NCBI GenBank assembly: GCA_977020255.1
Contig: CDROCS010001028.1
Location: forward strand, 62,001 to 126,000
Source of the DNA: Obrimoposthia wandeli
Taxonomy: Eukaryota
Reading direction: 5' to 3'
Length of the DNA stretch: 64,000 nucleotides
The notes beneath the pieces are model-generated. The model was given only the letters and a program-made list of their open reading frames with translations, did not search any database and had not been told where the DNA came from. The first letter of the stretch is position 1; each line of letters opens with the position of its first letter. The position numbers and the translations under genes were made by a program. Of the stretch, positions 51,253 to 62,282 are shown in pieces.

Positions 51253-53658
51253 TTACTTTTTACCCAAATGTACCCATGTTTCAAGTACCGTATCTGGGTT
51301 TAATGAAACGGAGTCAATGCCCTGCTCCATCAACCACTCAGCGAGATCATCGTGATCTGATGGCCCTTGCCCACAAATACCAACATATTTGCCAGCCTTG
51401 TTAGCCGCTTTAATTGCCATAGACAACATAGCTTTTACTGCTGGATTACGCTCATCAAACATGTGCGCAATGTCACCAGAATCTCGGTCAAGGCCAAGCG
51501 TTAGCTGAGTCATATCATTTGAACCAATCGAGAAGCCATCAAAGTACTTCAAAAAATCATCTGCAAGAATTGCATTCGACGGCAACTCACACATCATAAT
51601 GACTTTCAGACCATTTTCGCCGCGACGAAGGTCGAATTTAGCCAGCAAATCGATAACCGATGCCGCTTCACTCACCGTACGTACGAATGGAATCATGATT
51701 TCTACATTTTTTAAGCCCATCTTTTCACGAACGCGCTTCATTGCTTCACATTCAAGAGCAAAACAATCTTGGAACTGTGGTGAAATATAACGAGAAGCAC
51801 CACGGAACCCTAACATTGGGTTTTCTTCCGTCGGCTCATAGTTAACACCCCCCACTAAGTTGCGGTACTCATTCGACTTAAAATCAGACATACGCACAAT
51901 AACGCGCTTCGGCCAAAATGCAGCAGCAAGGGTTGAAATACCTTCCGTTAATTTCTCGATATAGAATTCAACAGGGTTAGCGTAACCCACAATACGTTTA
52001 TCGATTTCAGCTTTAATTTCATCTGATTGTTCATCGTAATTCAGTAAGGCTTTCGGGTGAATACCGATCATCTTGTTAATGATGAACTCTAGTCGAGCTA
52101 GCCCCACACCTTCATTTGGAATACAAGCGAAATCGAATGCACGATCAGGGTTCCCCACATTCATCATTATTTTAAGAGGCAGATCAGGTAAATCACTCAC
52201 GGATGAACGACGAATTTCAAAATCAAGTTCACCTTCATATACAAAACCAGTTTCACCTTGTGCACAAGATACAGTGACTTGCTGACCAGTACTTAACAAT
52301 GAGGTTGCATTACCACAGCCCACAACCGCAGGTATCCCTAACTCACGCGCAATAATTGCCGCATGACATGTACGTCCACCACGATTAGTGACAATAGCAG
52401 ATGCTTTCTTCATCACAGGTTCCCAGTCTGGGTCTGTCATATCTGCAACTAATACATCACCCGGTTGAACCTGATCCATTTCACTTAAATCAGCAACAAC
52501 ACGAACGGCACCGGCACCAATACGCTGACCGATAGCACGACCTTCAATGATTGCCGATGCTTGAGCATTCAAATGGAAGCGTTCCATCACTTGTTGGTCA
52601 TCACGAGAACGCACTGTTTCAGGACGAGCCTGAACAATCAGTAATTCACCGGTAATACCATCTTTGGCCCATTCGATATCCATCGGGCGACCGTAATGTT
52701 TTTCGATAATCAGCGCTTGTTTTGCTAAAGACGTAATTTCATCATCGGTTAACGAAAATTGCTGACGTTCTTCTTCGGTGGTATCAATTACATCAACTTG
52801 TGTGCCAAGCTCTTTACCCTCGGCGTAAACCATTTTGATTTGTTTCGAACCAATGGTACGGCGCACAACGGCATGATTACCTGCTTCAAGTGTTGGCTTA
52901 TGGACATAGAATTCATCAGGGTTCACCGCTCCCTGTACAACCATTTCACCTAAGCCCCATGATGATGTAATAAATACCACCTGATCGAAACCAGACTCGG
53001 TATCAAGAGTAAACATTACCCCTGAAGAGGCTTTATCTGATCGCACCATGCGCTGAATACCAGCAGACAGTGCAACACCTTCATGATCAAACCCTTGGTG
53101 AACACGGTATGAAATAGCACGGTCGTTAAACAACGAAGCAAACACAAGCTTTGTTGCTTCAATTACAGCATCGATTCCGCGCACATTTAGAAATGTTTCT
53201 TGCTGGCCAGCAAACGAAGCATCAGGTAAATCTTCAGCGGTTGCAGATGAACGAACAGCAACAGACAACATATCGTCACCGTTACCTAGCTCAGTGTAAT
53301 ATGATCGAATATCCTGCTCTAAGTCAGCTGGAAATTCAGCTTCCAATACCCAGTTGCGAATAGTTTCACCAGCAACTTTTAACGCATTCACATCATCAAC
53401 ATCAAGTTCGTCTAACAGTTGATAAATACGTTTGTTTAATCCGCCAGCTTCCAGAAATTGATTAAAAGCATGCGAGGTTGTCGCATATCCATTTGGAACT
53501 TTCACACCTGCATTTGCAAGATTGGCTACCATCTCACCCAGCGAAGCATTTTTTCCACCCACTTTATCAACGTCATTCATTGATAAAGCATCGTACCAAA
53601 CTACATTCTGTTGCACGACGAATCTCCTTGCTTTTGGATTTAGCTTAAATGTGGGCAA
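51253..53658 (-). CDS. ppsA: Phosphoenolpyruvate synthase (likely start near VQQNVVW)
   Basis: [19 protein letters not shown], phospho-His [23 protein letters not shown]. Confidence 0.97.
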   Translation of the reverse strand: MPTFKLNPKARRFVVQQNVVWYDALSMNDVDKVGGKNASLGEMVANLANAGVKVPNGYATTSHAFNQFLEAGGLNKRIYQLLDELDVDDVNALKVAGETIRNWVLEAEFPADLEQDIRSYYTELGNGDDMLSVAVRSSATAEDLPDASFAGQQETFLNVRGIDAVIEATKLVFASLFNDRAISYRVHQGFDHEGVALSAGIQRMVRSDKASSGVMFTLDTESGFDQVVFITSSWGLGEMVVQGAVNPDEFYVHKPTLEAGNHAVVRRTIGSKQIKMVYAEGKELGTQVDVIDTTEEERQQFSLTDDEITSLAKQALIIEKHYGRPMDIEWAKDGITGELLIVQARPETVRSRDDQQVMERFHLNAQASAIIEGRAIGQRIGAGAVRVVADLSEMDQVQPGDVLVADMTDPDWEPVMKKASAIVTNRGGRTCHAAIIARELGIPAVVGCGNATSLLSTGQQVTVSCAQGETGFVYEGELDFEIRRSSVSDLPDLPLKIMMNVGNPDRAFDFACIPNEGVGLARLEFIINKMIGIHPKALLNYDEQSDEIKAEIDKRIVGYANPVEFYIEKLTEGISTLAAAFWPKRVIVRMSDFKSNEYRNLVGGVNYEPTEENPMLGFRGASRYISPQFQDCFALECEAMKRVREKMGLKNVEIMIPFVRTVSEAASVIDLLAKFDLRRGENGLKVIMMCELPSNAILADDFLKYFDGFSIGSNDMTQLTLGLDRDSGDIAHMFDERNPAVKAMLSMAIKAANKAGKYVGICGQGPSDHDDLAEWLMEQGIDSVSLNPDTVLETWVHLGKK

Positions 53659-53800
53659 GATCTCAACGGAAACGATTGCATTGGCAGTTAAAAAAATACT
53701 GCGTCACAATGGCCGGGCTGATGTCTATACCCTGTAAAATTATTGTTATAAGTATTTATACAATGAACGTTACAGAATTATTTGAAGGATTCAACTTTTT

Positions 53801-54634
53801 ATGCAGCGCAAATCCAATTTTCGTGATGTGTTTTACGTTTCTGACGGTACAGCGATCACTTCGGAGACACTTGGTCATGCCGTTTTAGGGCAATTTCCAA
53901 TTGAAACACACCAAACAACGCACCCTTTCATTGAAACAAATGAACGTGCAGAACAGGTTAAAACTCTTGTAAATCAATCTTATAACAAGACAGGCATCAA
54001 GCCTCTCGTCTTCTATTCCATCGTTATACCTGATGTAAAGGTGATCATTGAACAAAGTGACGCTCACCTCTACGACGTCTTAAATGTGCTAGTCGAGCCT
54101 TTAAAGCATGATTTGCAACTTGAACCAGAGCCTCAGTTACAGCGTTCACATAGTATTAACAAGGATGCTGCTAGCTATCAAGATCGTATTGCCGCCATTG
54201 AATACACCCTCGCGCATGATGATGGGATTTCACTGAATAATCTTGACCAAGCCGATGTGATTTTATTGGGTGTATCACGGTGCGGAAAAACCCCAACAAG
54301 CCTGTATCTCGCCATGCAATTTGGCATAAGAGCAGTGAACTATCCCTTCATCGCTGAAGACATGACAAGCCTTAAACTGCCTGCTGCCATAGAGCCTTAT
54401 CGCTTTAAAACCTATGGTCTAACCATTGATACCGAACGCCTAGTTGCCATACGAAATGAACGCTACGCAAATAGCGATTATGCGAGCTTAAAGCAGTGTG
54501 AAAAAGAACTGCATAAAGTTGAAGGAATGTTTAGGCGGGAAGCGATTCCCTACCTCAATACATCGTCTCTTTCAGTAGAAGAAATCGCCACTCGGCTACT
54601 CGATATTAGTGGGTTAAAGCGGAAAATGTGCTAG
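53801..54634 (+). CDS. ppsR: PEP synthase regulatory kinase/pyrophosphorylase
   Basis: VSDGTAITSE, GVSRCGKTPTSLYLA; divergent from ppsA. Confidence 0.95.
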   Translation: MQRKSNFRDVFYVSDGTAITSETLGHAVLGQFPIETHQTTHPFIETNERAEQVKTLVNQSYNKTGIKPLVFYSIVIPDVKVIIEQSDAHLYDVLNVLVEPLKHDLQLEPEPQLQRSHSINKDAASYQDRIAAIEYTLAHDDGISLNNLDQADVILLGVSRCGKTPTSLYLAMQFGIRAVNYPFIAEDMTSLKLPAAIEPYRFKTYGLTIDTERLVAIRNERYANSDYASLKQCEKELHKVEGMFRREAIPYLNTSSLSVEEIATRLLDISGLKRKMC

Positions 54635-54730
54635 TTAAAGATATTTATCTTTGAGAAATAACCTTTATCTTTGGTGATTAAAATCATCCAAGGTAAAGGT
54701 TCCGATATAATCGTTCTCATAAGAAAGGTT

Positions 54731-54794
54731 TATGCCCAAACTGCCTCAGATGCTGGATTAAGAGTGATCTCAGCGAGTTTTGTTGGGCTCTATG
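54731..54794. repeat. Degenerate, internally deleted MITE derivative (left end fused to an internal segment)
   Basis: TATGCCCAAACTGCCTCAGATGCTGGATTAAGAGTGATCTCAGCG joined to AGTTTTGTTGGGCTCTATG; the junction falls at a GCG microhomology of the full copy. Confidence 0.75.
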
Positions 54795-54995
54795 AGACAT
54801 CTTCATTCTTATGCGACAGCTTCATTGTCGAAAACATGACTTAAAAACGATTAATTAACACTAATAAGTCCTACTTTTTAGCTTTGATAATAAAATTCTC
54901 ATATTTAAGAGACTAAATACACTTATTTATTAATGACTTAATATTAGTTCACCTTTACTGCATATATTCATCAAAAAAACACTAAGAATTGAAAT

Positions 54996-55769
54996 ATGCT
55001 TATTTCGTGGTCAGGAATAAACATAAATGAGGTTGCTAACATGTTTAGGTATGCACTTAGTATTTGTCTTTCTTTTTCTCTTATTGGTTGCGGAGGCTCA
55101 GGTGGTGACGATGCAATAGAGGCTGTTATTGAAGAAGTGCAAGCGGTAGCAGAGATAGATCCAAATATTGCAGACCTTACTCGTATTCGTAGTGCAGACG
55201 TACTGTTTATGAATACGTCATTAGACTCAATGGATTATTTTATAAATAGTAGTACCAGTACATCGTTACTTTTTGATTCAAACAATAGAGCGATTACGAG
55301 CAACAATAATGAAATTATGGGTGAAATCTTTGAATGGACACAAACCGATTCTATAAAAGCAAACCTTGGTATACAAGATACTAACAGTCAAACACAGCAA
55401 GCTGAATTAAAATCGATTCCCATAGAAGACACCGATAAATGGTGGGTAATTGCATGGCGAGATGATGGTAAACAACAGGGAGCGTTAAAGCTTAGCGCTT
55501 TAAAAAGACAGTCTTCAACTGTTAACTCCACATATAGAGTGCGTGTCTTTAGCCAATCAGATACTCAGGTAATAAATACTAACCTCAATGACTTACAAAC
55601 CATTGTGGCCGAAAAAGGAACCACAACAAAATACCTCACAATTCAATCTTGTAATGGTGATTTGTTCTTCGGTGCTCAATCTGTAAATTTATGTAATTTA
55701 GATATCAGTAAATCCTATTTATTGATAACTGATGGAGAAGAGTTGCTGCTTGCAGCAGAAGACAAATAA
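54996..55769 (+). CDS. Hypothetical lipoprotein (likely start ATG 55041)
   Basis: GAGG RBS before 55041; lipobox SLIG-C followed by GGSGG. Confidence 0.7.
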   Translation: MLISWSGININEVANMFRYALSICLSFSLIGCGGSGGDDAIEAVIEEVQAVAEIDPNIADLTRIRSADVLFMNTSLDSMDYFINSSTSTSLLFDSNNRAITSNNNEIMGEIFEWTQTDSIKANLGIQDTNSQTQQAELKSIPIEDTDKWWVIAWRDDGKQQGALKLSALKRQSSTVNSTYRVRVFSQSDTQVINTNLNDLQTIVAEKGTTTKYLTIQSCNGDLFFGAQSVNLCNLDISKSYLLITDGEELLLAAEDK

Positions 55770-56009
55770 TAAAAAGTAAAACTATAAATTAGGGTAAATA
55801 AACTAGAAAAGCGCTATGTTAGCAACATTTTTAATAACGCAGGGATTGTCTACAACACTAAACGTAATAAATTAATGTGGTTTTCTATAAATGATTTTAA
55901 TTTGTTAACGACACATAAAGTAGGCAGCGGTGGTAATATCGCCCCAGTATTATTCTTTGAATATGCTGGGGCTTTCTTTACCTATAAGTAAATAGTTAGT
56001 CTTTATTGA

Positions 56010-57278
56010 TTAACGCTTAGCTTGATGACGCCCGCGACTTTTATGTATTTTAGATTTTGCTTTGACACGGCGCTTTTCTGATGTCGAGCTAGAGCGGCGG
56101 TTATCTTGCGCTTTAATGCTTGGATCGGGCTCGTACCCTTCCAGCCATTCTTGAGGTAAGCGCGTATCTAACAATTCTTCAATTGCACGCAGTGCCCATT
56201 CTTCATCAATACTCATTAATGAAATAGCACTGCCCGTTAAACCAGCACGACCAGTACGGCCAATACGGTGAACATAATCTTCAGCTTGAAAGGGTAAATC
56301 GAAGTTAACAACATAGCCTAGCTGTTCAATATCTAAACCTCGAGCTGCAACATCAGTAGCAACCATCGCGCGCACTTTGCCTTCTTTAAAATCACTCAAT
56401 GCACGTTGGCGTGCACCTTGGCTTTTATCACCATTAATTGATACCGCTTTAATACCATCAAGAATCAGCTCTTTTGCTAATTCATCAGAACCTTGCTTTG
56501 TTTTAGTAAAAATTAAAACCTGATTCCAATTGCGAGAACCAATGAGGTAAGACAGCAATTCACGCTTACGGTGTTTATCAACCGGATAAACTATTTGCGT
56601 GACACTTTCAGCAGCTATATTTTCTGGTGTAACTTCAATCAGTTTGGGATCAGCTAAAATATCATAAGCTAATTTTTTCACTTGATTAGAAAACGTTGCA
56701 GAAAAAAGTAACGTTTGACGCTTTCTAGGCATGCGCTGCATGATGCGTTTAATATCAACAACAAAACCCATATCTAGCATACGGTCGGCTTCATCTAATA
56801 CTAAACATTCAATTTTAGATAAATCGACAGTACCAGTAAAAGCATGGTCCAATAATCGACCTGGTGTGGCGATTAAAATATCTACCCCTGCTTTTAGCGC
56901 TTTAACCTGAACACCCATACTGGTGCCGCCATAGGCTACGGCAACCTTAATCGATGTGTTTTTACTGTATGCCAAAATACTATCGTGCACTTGCTGTGCG
57001 AGCTCACGGGTTGGCGTTAATACTAAAGCACGGATTGCTTCTGGTTTTTTTATGTTACCTTCATCATTATCTGATTGCTGGCTAGCCAGTAACCGTTGAA
57101 TCATCGGTAAGCCGAATGCAGCTGTTTTACCGGTTCCTGTTTGTGCACCAGCCATAATATCATCACCAGCTAATACTTGAGGAATAGCTTGTTCTTGGAC
57201 AGGTGTGGGTGTTTTAAAGCCTAGCTCTGTAACAGTATCAATTAGCTGAGTATTCAGGCCTAAAGCTTGAAATGACAT
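56010..57278 (-). CDS. DEAD-box RNA helicase (RhlE-like)
   Basis: Q motif, AQTGTGKT, PTRELA, DEAD, SAT, HRIGRTGR; basic C-terminal tail. Confidence 0.95.
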   Translation of the reverse strand: MSFQALGLNTQLIDTVTELGFKTPTPVQEQAIPQVLAGDDIMAGAQTGTGKTAAFGLPMIQRLLASQQSDNDEGNIKKPEAIRALVLTPTRELAQQVHDSILAYSKNTSIKVAVAYGGTSMGVQVKALKAGVDILIATPGRLLDHAFTGTVDLSKIECLVLDEADRMLDMGFVVDIKRIMQRMPRKRQTLLFSATFSNQVKKLAYDILADPKLIEVTPENIAAESVTQIVYPVDKHRKRELLSYLIGSRNWNQVLIFTKTKQGSDELAKELILDGIKAVSINGDKSQGARQRALSDFKEGKVRAMVATDVAARGLDIEQLGYVVNFDLPFQAEDYVHRIGRTGRAGLTGSAISLMSIDEEWALRAIEELLDTRLPQEWLEGYEPDPSIKAQDNRRSSSTSEKRRVKAKSKIHKSRGRHQAKR

Positions 57279-57313
57279 GGTGTTTTCCTACAAACAAACG
57301 GTAAAGAGCGCGG

Positions 57314-57342
57314 ATTCTAACAGACCTACTCTGTTATACCAA
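57314..57342 (-). promoter_or_regulatory. Putative sigma70 promoter of the DEAD-box helicase gene
   Basis: Minus strand TTGGTA-N17-TAGAAT with an extended -10 TG. Confidence 0.5.
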
Positions 57343-57458
57343 AGCTCTGTTTTATCAACGCTCTGTTTTATCAGCGCTCGGATATACCAAATTACCAATA
57401 TAATAGAGCGCCAATATAATAGAACGCCAATAAAACAAAGTACCAATAAAAAAGCACC
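57327..57458. repeat. Mirrored arrays of 16-bp repeats (4 + 4 units) forming a long imperfect inverted repeat
   Basis: Units start at 57327, 57343, 57359, 57375 and at 57395, 57411, 57427, 57443; exact 16-bp periodicity; 4-nt centre. Confidence 0.85.
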
Positions 57459-57472
57459 GACATGCGGTGCTT
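57449..57472 (-). terminator. nagK terminator
   Basis: Minus strand AAGCACCG-CATGT-CGGTGCTTTTTT. Confidence 0.75.
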
Positions 57473-57506
57473 AATAACATTACAGCTGGATTATGTTAAT
57501 TAATGC

Positions 57507-58442
57507 CTATTCTTTGATATTCAAGAATGCCGCACCACGAACGCCACCAGCATCACCGTGTTTTGCTTTCACAATTTTAGGCACTTGTGCCACAGACAAT
57601 AAATGTTTAGCGACTCGCGTTGGCAGTTCTTGATACAGCAATTCGAAGTTAGATAAGCCTCCACCAAGTACAACAACATGTGGGTCTAAACCTGTGAAGA
57701 TATTCGCTAAACAGATCGCTAACATTTCCATGAAACGATCTACATGCTCTACCGCTTTTTCTTCGCCAGTAGCATGTTGTTTAATGATCTCGATTGCCTT
57801 CAGGTTTTCGCCATAGTAATGCGCGTATAATTGCTCAAAACCGCGACCCGATAGGTAATTATCGATACAACCTTTGTTGTCACAGCCACACGTAAATAGT
57901 GGTGCGTTTTCACCAAGGCTAAACCACGCATCAATCGGCATACGAGTATGACCAAGTTCGCCCGCTACGTGGTTCATGCCAGAGAATACGTGCCCATCAA
58001 ACACTAGACCGCCACCAAACCCCGTACCTAAAATTAAACCTAGTACTGATTTTTCGCCTTGAAGTGACTCATCCCATGCTTCTGATAACGCGAAACAGTT
58101 TGCATCGTTATCAATAGTAACGTTACGACCTAACTTAGCTTCTAGATCTTTACGTAAGAAGCGTCCTTTTGCCGCAGGAATATTAGACGTTAATACAGAG
58201 CCATCTCGCGCATCTTCCATGCCCGGAAGACCAATACCAACTAAGCCCTCACAGCCTAAATCATTATCTGCTTTTTGAATAATTCCAACGATAGTTTCAA
58301 CCAACTCATCGTAATCATCCCTAGGTGTTGCTACACGCTCTGTGGCTACTCGCTCAAGTTTTTCATTAAACGCACCGAATTCAATCTTAGTGCCGCCTAC
58401 ATCAAAGCCGTAGTACATCCTGATCTCCCTAAAATAAATCAA
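57507..58442 (-). CDS. nagK: N-acetyl-D-glucosamine kinase (ROK family; start MYYGFD)
   Basis: [35 protein letters not shown]...GC zinc motif. Confidence 0.95.
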   Translation of the reverse strand: MIYFREIRMYYGFDVGGTKIEFGAFNEKLERVATERVATPRDDYDELVETIVGIIQKADNDLGCEGLVGIGLPGMEDARDGSVLTSNIPAAKGRFLRKDLEAKLGRNVTIDNDANCFALSEAWDESLQGEKSVLGLILGTGFGGGLVFDGHVFSGMNHVAGELGHTRMPIDAWFSLGENAPLFTCGCDNKGCIDNYLSGRGFEQLYAHYYGENLKAIEIIKQHATGEEKAVEHVDRFMEMLAICLANIFTGLDPHVVVLGGGLSNFELLYQELPTRVAKHLLSVAQVPKIVKAKHGDAGGVRGAAFLNIKE

Positions 58443-58675
58443 AAGTGATTATTAAATTATGTATTGCTACTAAATGTGCAACTATTTCGTTCAAGAACAT
58501 ACTTATATTATTGAACGAAATAGCTATAGATTTATCACGCAAGCTATAAGAAAGAGTTACAGATAAAATTATCCATACTTCTACGCCTACAGACTGTGAC
58601 GAACCACTAATTTAGTATGCCATTTTTATGGAGATGATCGCGGTTGCTGAAAGAAACAGCAAGAAAATGCATATT

Positions 58676-58747
58676 TATAGCCAAGTTACCTTGAAGCAAA
58701 TACGCAGAGGTCACTCTATGCCCTGAAATTTAAGGGCTCTTAGGTAT
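58676..58747. repeat. Possible highly degenerate MITE end
   Basis: TATAGCCAAGTTACCTTGAAGC resembles the TIR; the segment ends in TAGGTATA. Confidence 0.4.
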
Positions 58748-58803
58748 ATTAACAATGAATGTTAATAATAGAACGATGAAGAATGCCCTTTCTTCATCGC
58801 GAC

Positions 58804-58863
58804 TATACCCAAGTTACCTCAATATGCAGGATTCAGCGAGAACCTTGAGATAACTTGGGTATA
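58804..58863. repeat. 60-bp internally deleted MITE derivative with both TIRs
   Basis: TATACCCAAGTTACCTCAATATGCAGGATTCAGCGAGAACCTTGAGATAACTTGGGTATA. Confidence 0.85.
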
Positions 58864-58868
58864 CAGAT

Positions 58869-59597
58869 TTAAATGGCCACTGTATCTGCCACATGACTTT
58901 CTAATCGCTTAATTGCAGACTCATCGGGCAACAAACGGTTCATTTTACCCGTCATGTAACTTTCACGGAAAACGTCAAACCACAAATCAAGCATATCGGC
59001 GTTATTACTCTCACCAAATAAATCAATAATGCGAGCTGCTACTTCGGCCGTACCCAATTGATTTTCTTTTGATGCTTCACGCATTCTATAACGTGACGGT
59101 TTATCTGGGTTAATTGATAAAATAGGAAAACGATCCAAATAAGGGCTGCGACGGAACATTTTTTTCGCTTCAGACCAACTACCATCAAGCATGATAAATA
59201 GCGGACGTTTTCCATCCTCAAGCTCAATGTGTTCAGCAACACGCTCAGGTTCCGTATATTCAGCAGGAAAAACGACATAAGGCTGCCATTGTGGATCGTT
59301 TAATAACGTTAGCATTTCTTGATTAGGCTCTGTACGAGACCAAATATATGCAAACGTATCTTCAAATAAATCAGCGATTAAACGCCCTGTATTACTTGGC
59401 TTTAATATTTCATCATCAAACATAACCAATAAAAATGCAGCATTTGATTGAATTATAGGCTTAATACTACAAATACACAGGTGCTTACGCAGCATACACT
59501 GACGACAACGTTCGACTTTAGAGCCTCGCGCTTTAAAAGGACGGGTTGAACGAGCAATTCGTTCTTCATATAGCGTATGTACAGCATGAATGCGCAT
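58869..59597 (-). CDS. tapT: DTW-domain tRNA-uridine aminocarboxypropyltransferase (TapT/YfiP-like)
   Basis: N-terminal C..C...C.C zinc motif, KPSNTGRL, LDGSW, GTAE motifs. Confidence 0.85.
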   Translation of the reverse strand: MRIHAVHTLYEERIARSTRPFKARGSKVERCRQCMLRKHLCICSIKPIIQSNAAFLLVMFDDEILKPSNTGRLIADLFEDTFAYIWSRTEPNQEMLTLLNDPQWQPYVVFPAEYTEPERVAEHIELEDGKRPLFIMLDGSWSEAKKMFRRSPYLDRFPILSINPDKPSRYRMREASKENQLGTAEVAARIIDLFGESNNADMLDLWFDVFRESYMTGKMNRLLPDESAIKRLESHVADTVAI

Positions 59598-59762
59598 GGC
59601 GACTTTTACCTGATTCGAGAAAACGCGTGCATTCTACATAATTTGAGCAGCCGATGTTAATAAAACCCGCTCAATACGCTATTTTACTGCTCAAGCTGCC
59701 TGTTATTAGCCGTTCTACTAGAATCGTTCGTTATTATTTCGCTTTTACTCATTGATAACAGA

Positions 59763-59815
59763 TATACCCAGCGACCTCAGGATTCAGAGTGATCTCAGCA
59801 AATAACTTGGGTATA
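59763..59815. repeat. 53-bp internally deleted MITE derivative
   Basis: TATACCCAGCGACCTCAGGATTCAGAGTGATCTCAGCAAATAACTTGGGTATA. Confidence 0.8.
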
Positions 59816-59896
59816 GGTATATTCACTTATAAAAAAAGCGACAATAGTCGCTTAGTATTCAGCCTAGATACTCAGTTAACTGTAGACGTGGGAAAA

Positions 59897-60241
59897 CTAT
59901 TTTTTCTGACTGATTGCACTATCAAATAAGTTTTTAACCAAACCAATATAATCTTCAAGGAACGAGATTTGTTCAACCGTAGGGGATCTACGCCAAGCCC
60001 CCGCGAGTACTTCACAGAGGTCATCAACAACGGCATCAGCCTCTTTCATTAACTTAAAGCGAAAGTCTGCATCTAAATCAGGGTTTTGTGAGAAAACAGC
60101 CATTAGATTTGTCGCAATCATGTCTGTTACAACATCTTCAACAGTTTCTTTACATACATCTTCACTTGCCTTTTCAAACAATGCAAGGTGCTCAGTAAAA
60201 TATTCAATCAGTGCGTGATAACCTTCAGATTCAACAACCAT
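59897..60241 (-). CDS. DUF3802-family protein
   Basis: MVVE..GY.ALIEY.TE.L.LF pattern of this Vibrionaceae family. Confidence 0.7.
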   Translation of the reverse strand: MVVESEGYHALIEYFTEHLALFEKASEDVCKETVEDVVTDMIATNLMAVFSQNPDLDADFRFKLMKEADAVVDDLCEVLAGAWRRSPTVEQISFLEDYIGLVKNLFDSAISQKK

Positions 60242-60321
60242 ATAACTACTTTAATGCTATTTATAATTGCTTAATTGTAAGGGTAATCAATAGAAAAACA
60301 ATGCCCTACCTCAAGACTCTG

Positions 60322-61302
60322 TTAAGCGGTATCTTTTTCTTGCTTCACTAAGGCTTCAAACACTGTACTTTGATTACGTCCAGATTGCTTTGATACATAT
60401 AGCGCCTTATCTGCATACTCTAACCATTGTTCATAATTACGTAGCTCTGGGTACCACTCACATACACCTAAACTGATTGTTACATTGATGGTACGTACAT
60501 CAACATTCACACTAGCCTGCTCTATTCGTTGGCGTAGGCGCTCTGTAAAATACTGCCCCATTTCAGATGACGTATACGGCAGAATAACACCAAACTCTTC
60601 ACCCCCATACCGACCGGCAATATCACTTTGCCGCTTTGTACGGCGTAATACGTTAGACACAATACGGATAACACCATCACCTGCCACATGGCCAAAGGTA
60701 TCATTCACTCTCTTAAAGTGGTCAATATCAAACATAACCAAAGTCGATGGGGCTTGCGTTTGTCGGCAACGCTCAAACTCTTCAGCTAGACAACTCTCCC
60801 AATGACCACGGTTATACAGCTGCGTTAGCCTATCCGTCATACTTAAATGAGTAAGTTGTTTATTTGATTCTCGTAAATGTGTTTTGTTTTTCGCAATATC
60901 AGATACATCTGTCACCGATAAACAAATATGCGAAAACTCACCTTGAAGTGATTTCAATGGTGTAAGTATAAGATTTTGATACATTATCTCAGACCCACCA
61001 GAAATTGGGCTAAAGTTTGAGAAATTAAAGATAGAAGGCCGATCTTCCCATGACGTGAACGAACGCATTCCTAACTTAAATGTTGATTCAATCTTATTCT
61101 TCAACCACTTTTCGGGTAAATCATCTAACACATCAAAAAGATTTTTTCCCATGATATCGTCAGAACTGATCCCACTATAAGCCTGCATGAACGTATTCCA
61201 TGCCATTACGTTATAGTTCTTATCAATAATAACGACACCCACATCGATATTATCCATCACCTGCATAGTCAGGTGGAAGTCTGCTAACGTGATTTCATTC
61301 AA
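60322..61302 (-). CDS. PAS-GGDEF diguanylate cyclase (TTG start coupled to the upstream stop)
   Basis: N-terminal PAS; D.LT.LYNR, FDIDHFK, GGEEF and RxxD I-site (RQSD). Confidence 0.92.
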   Translation of the reverse strand: MNEITLADFHLTMQVMDNIDVGVVIIDKNYNVMAWNTFMQAYSGISSDDIMGKNLFDVLDDLPEKWLKNKIESTFKLGMRSFTSWEDRPSIFNFSNFSPISGGSEIMYQNLILTPLKSLQGEFSHICLSVTDVSDIAKNKTHLRESNKQLTHLSMTDRLTQLYNRGHWESCLAEEFERCRQTQAPSTLVMFDIDHFKRVNDTFGHVAGDGVIRIVSNVLRRTKRQSDIAGRYGGEEFGVILPYTSSEMGQYFTERLRQRIEQASVNVDVRTINVTISLGVCEWYPELRNYEQWLEYADKALYVSKQSGRNQSTVFEALVKQEKDTA

Positions 61303-62282
61303 TGTAAGGTGCCCATTATTTTTTTGATAACCTGAGTTGATCCACTATCCATCAAAAACAGCACAGCACATTCCAAATCTAACAATTCAGCTTGATAAGT
61401 ATATTCGATGGTAAATAATTCTAATGTGCTGTTTTCGCCATCTCCCCAACTCATATATTCTTCTAATACGATGGGTTGGCGAACAGAAAATGGTATATTC
61501 ATTTGCTCAGACAATGCGACAAGGAAAGATGACACCATCAGATTTGCCGTATCAATAACGATTTCATTTTTGTTTTCATCCATCTGGCTAAAACCCAGTC
61601 TTTCACCGAAAACATCAATATCATTGCCGCGCAAGCACACTAATGCTTCACCGTTAATGCCACCACCGACAAATCGTTGGGCTATAGCAATGCTATCGTC
61701 TGTATTTTTAATATCGGTAATGGCCATAGCCAATTCACCAGCATCCATATGAGCAACGTTAGGCAAAGGCATTCTGATAAATTCACCAAAGTGATCTGAA
61801 ATAATGGCGGCTCCGCGACCAAGAGCAATATTCGCGACTTCTTTAAATGTGCTTAAATAATCAAAATCGCCGTTAAACAACATTTCTTTTTGACGAGATG
61901 AATCACTTTCCACACTGAGCTCGAAAGTGTTTAATAACGCTTTAAATTCGTTAGCATCAAATGGTTTACTTAAAAAATGATGCGCCCCTAAAGCGAAACA
62001 GCGCTCGATTGCTTGTTTTTGAACATCCGCGGATACAACAACAACCTTAGTGTCAAAATCACGTACTGGTAGAGACTTTAAAACTTCAAAACCGTCCATC
62101 ACAGGCATTGTTAAATCTAAGAACAAAACATCAATATCGTGCTGACTCAAACACTCTAAACCCGCCCTACCATTTTTTGCAAAATGCAGCGTCAAAAAAT
62201 CACTTTCTGGTAGCAAGCGAGCGAGTGCTTTATGTACAATCGGTGAATCATCACAAATTAAAATGTGCTTAGACTTAACCAC
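61299..62282 (-). CDS. Response regulator with a CheC-like phosphatase domain
   Basis: REC (CDDS, DLTMPVMDG, KPF) followed by CheC-type E-x2-N (KEVANIALG) and a D-x2-N repeat. Confidence 0.85.
   Translation of the reverse strand: MVKSKHILICDDSPIVHKALARLLPESDFLTLHFAKNGRAGLECLSQHDIDVLFLDLTMPVMDGFEVLKSLPVRDFDTKVVVVSADVQKQAIERCFALGAHHFLSKPFDANEFKALLNTFELSVESDSSRQKEMLFNGDFDYLSTFKEVANIALGRGAAIISDHFGEFIRMPLPNVAHMDAGELAMAITDIKNTDDSIAIAQRFVGGGINGEALVCLRGNDIDVFGERLGFSQMDENKNEIVIDTANLMVSSFLVALSEQMNIPFSVRQPIVLEEYMSWGDGENSTLELFTIEYTYQAELLDLECAVLFLMDSGSTQVIKKIMGTLH

Noticed and set aside
57327-57458. 16-bp periodic repeats as a CRISPR array
   Set aside because: Units are contiguous with no unique spacers, too short, and arranged as a mirror; no cas genes are in the window.
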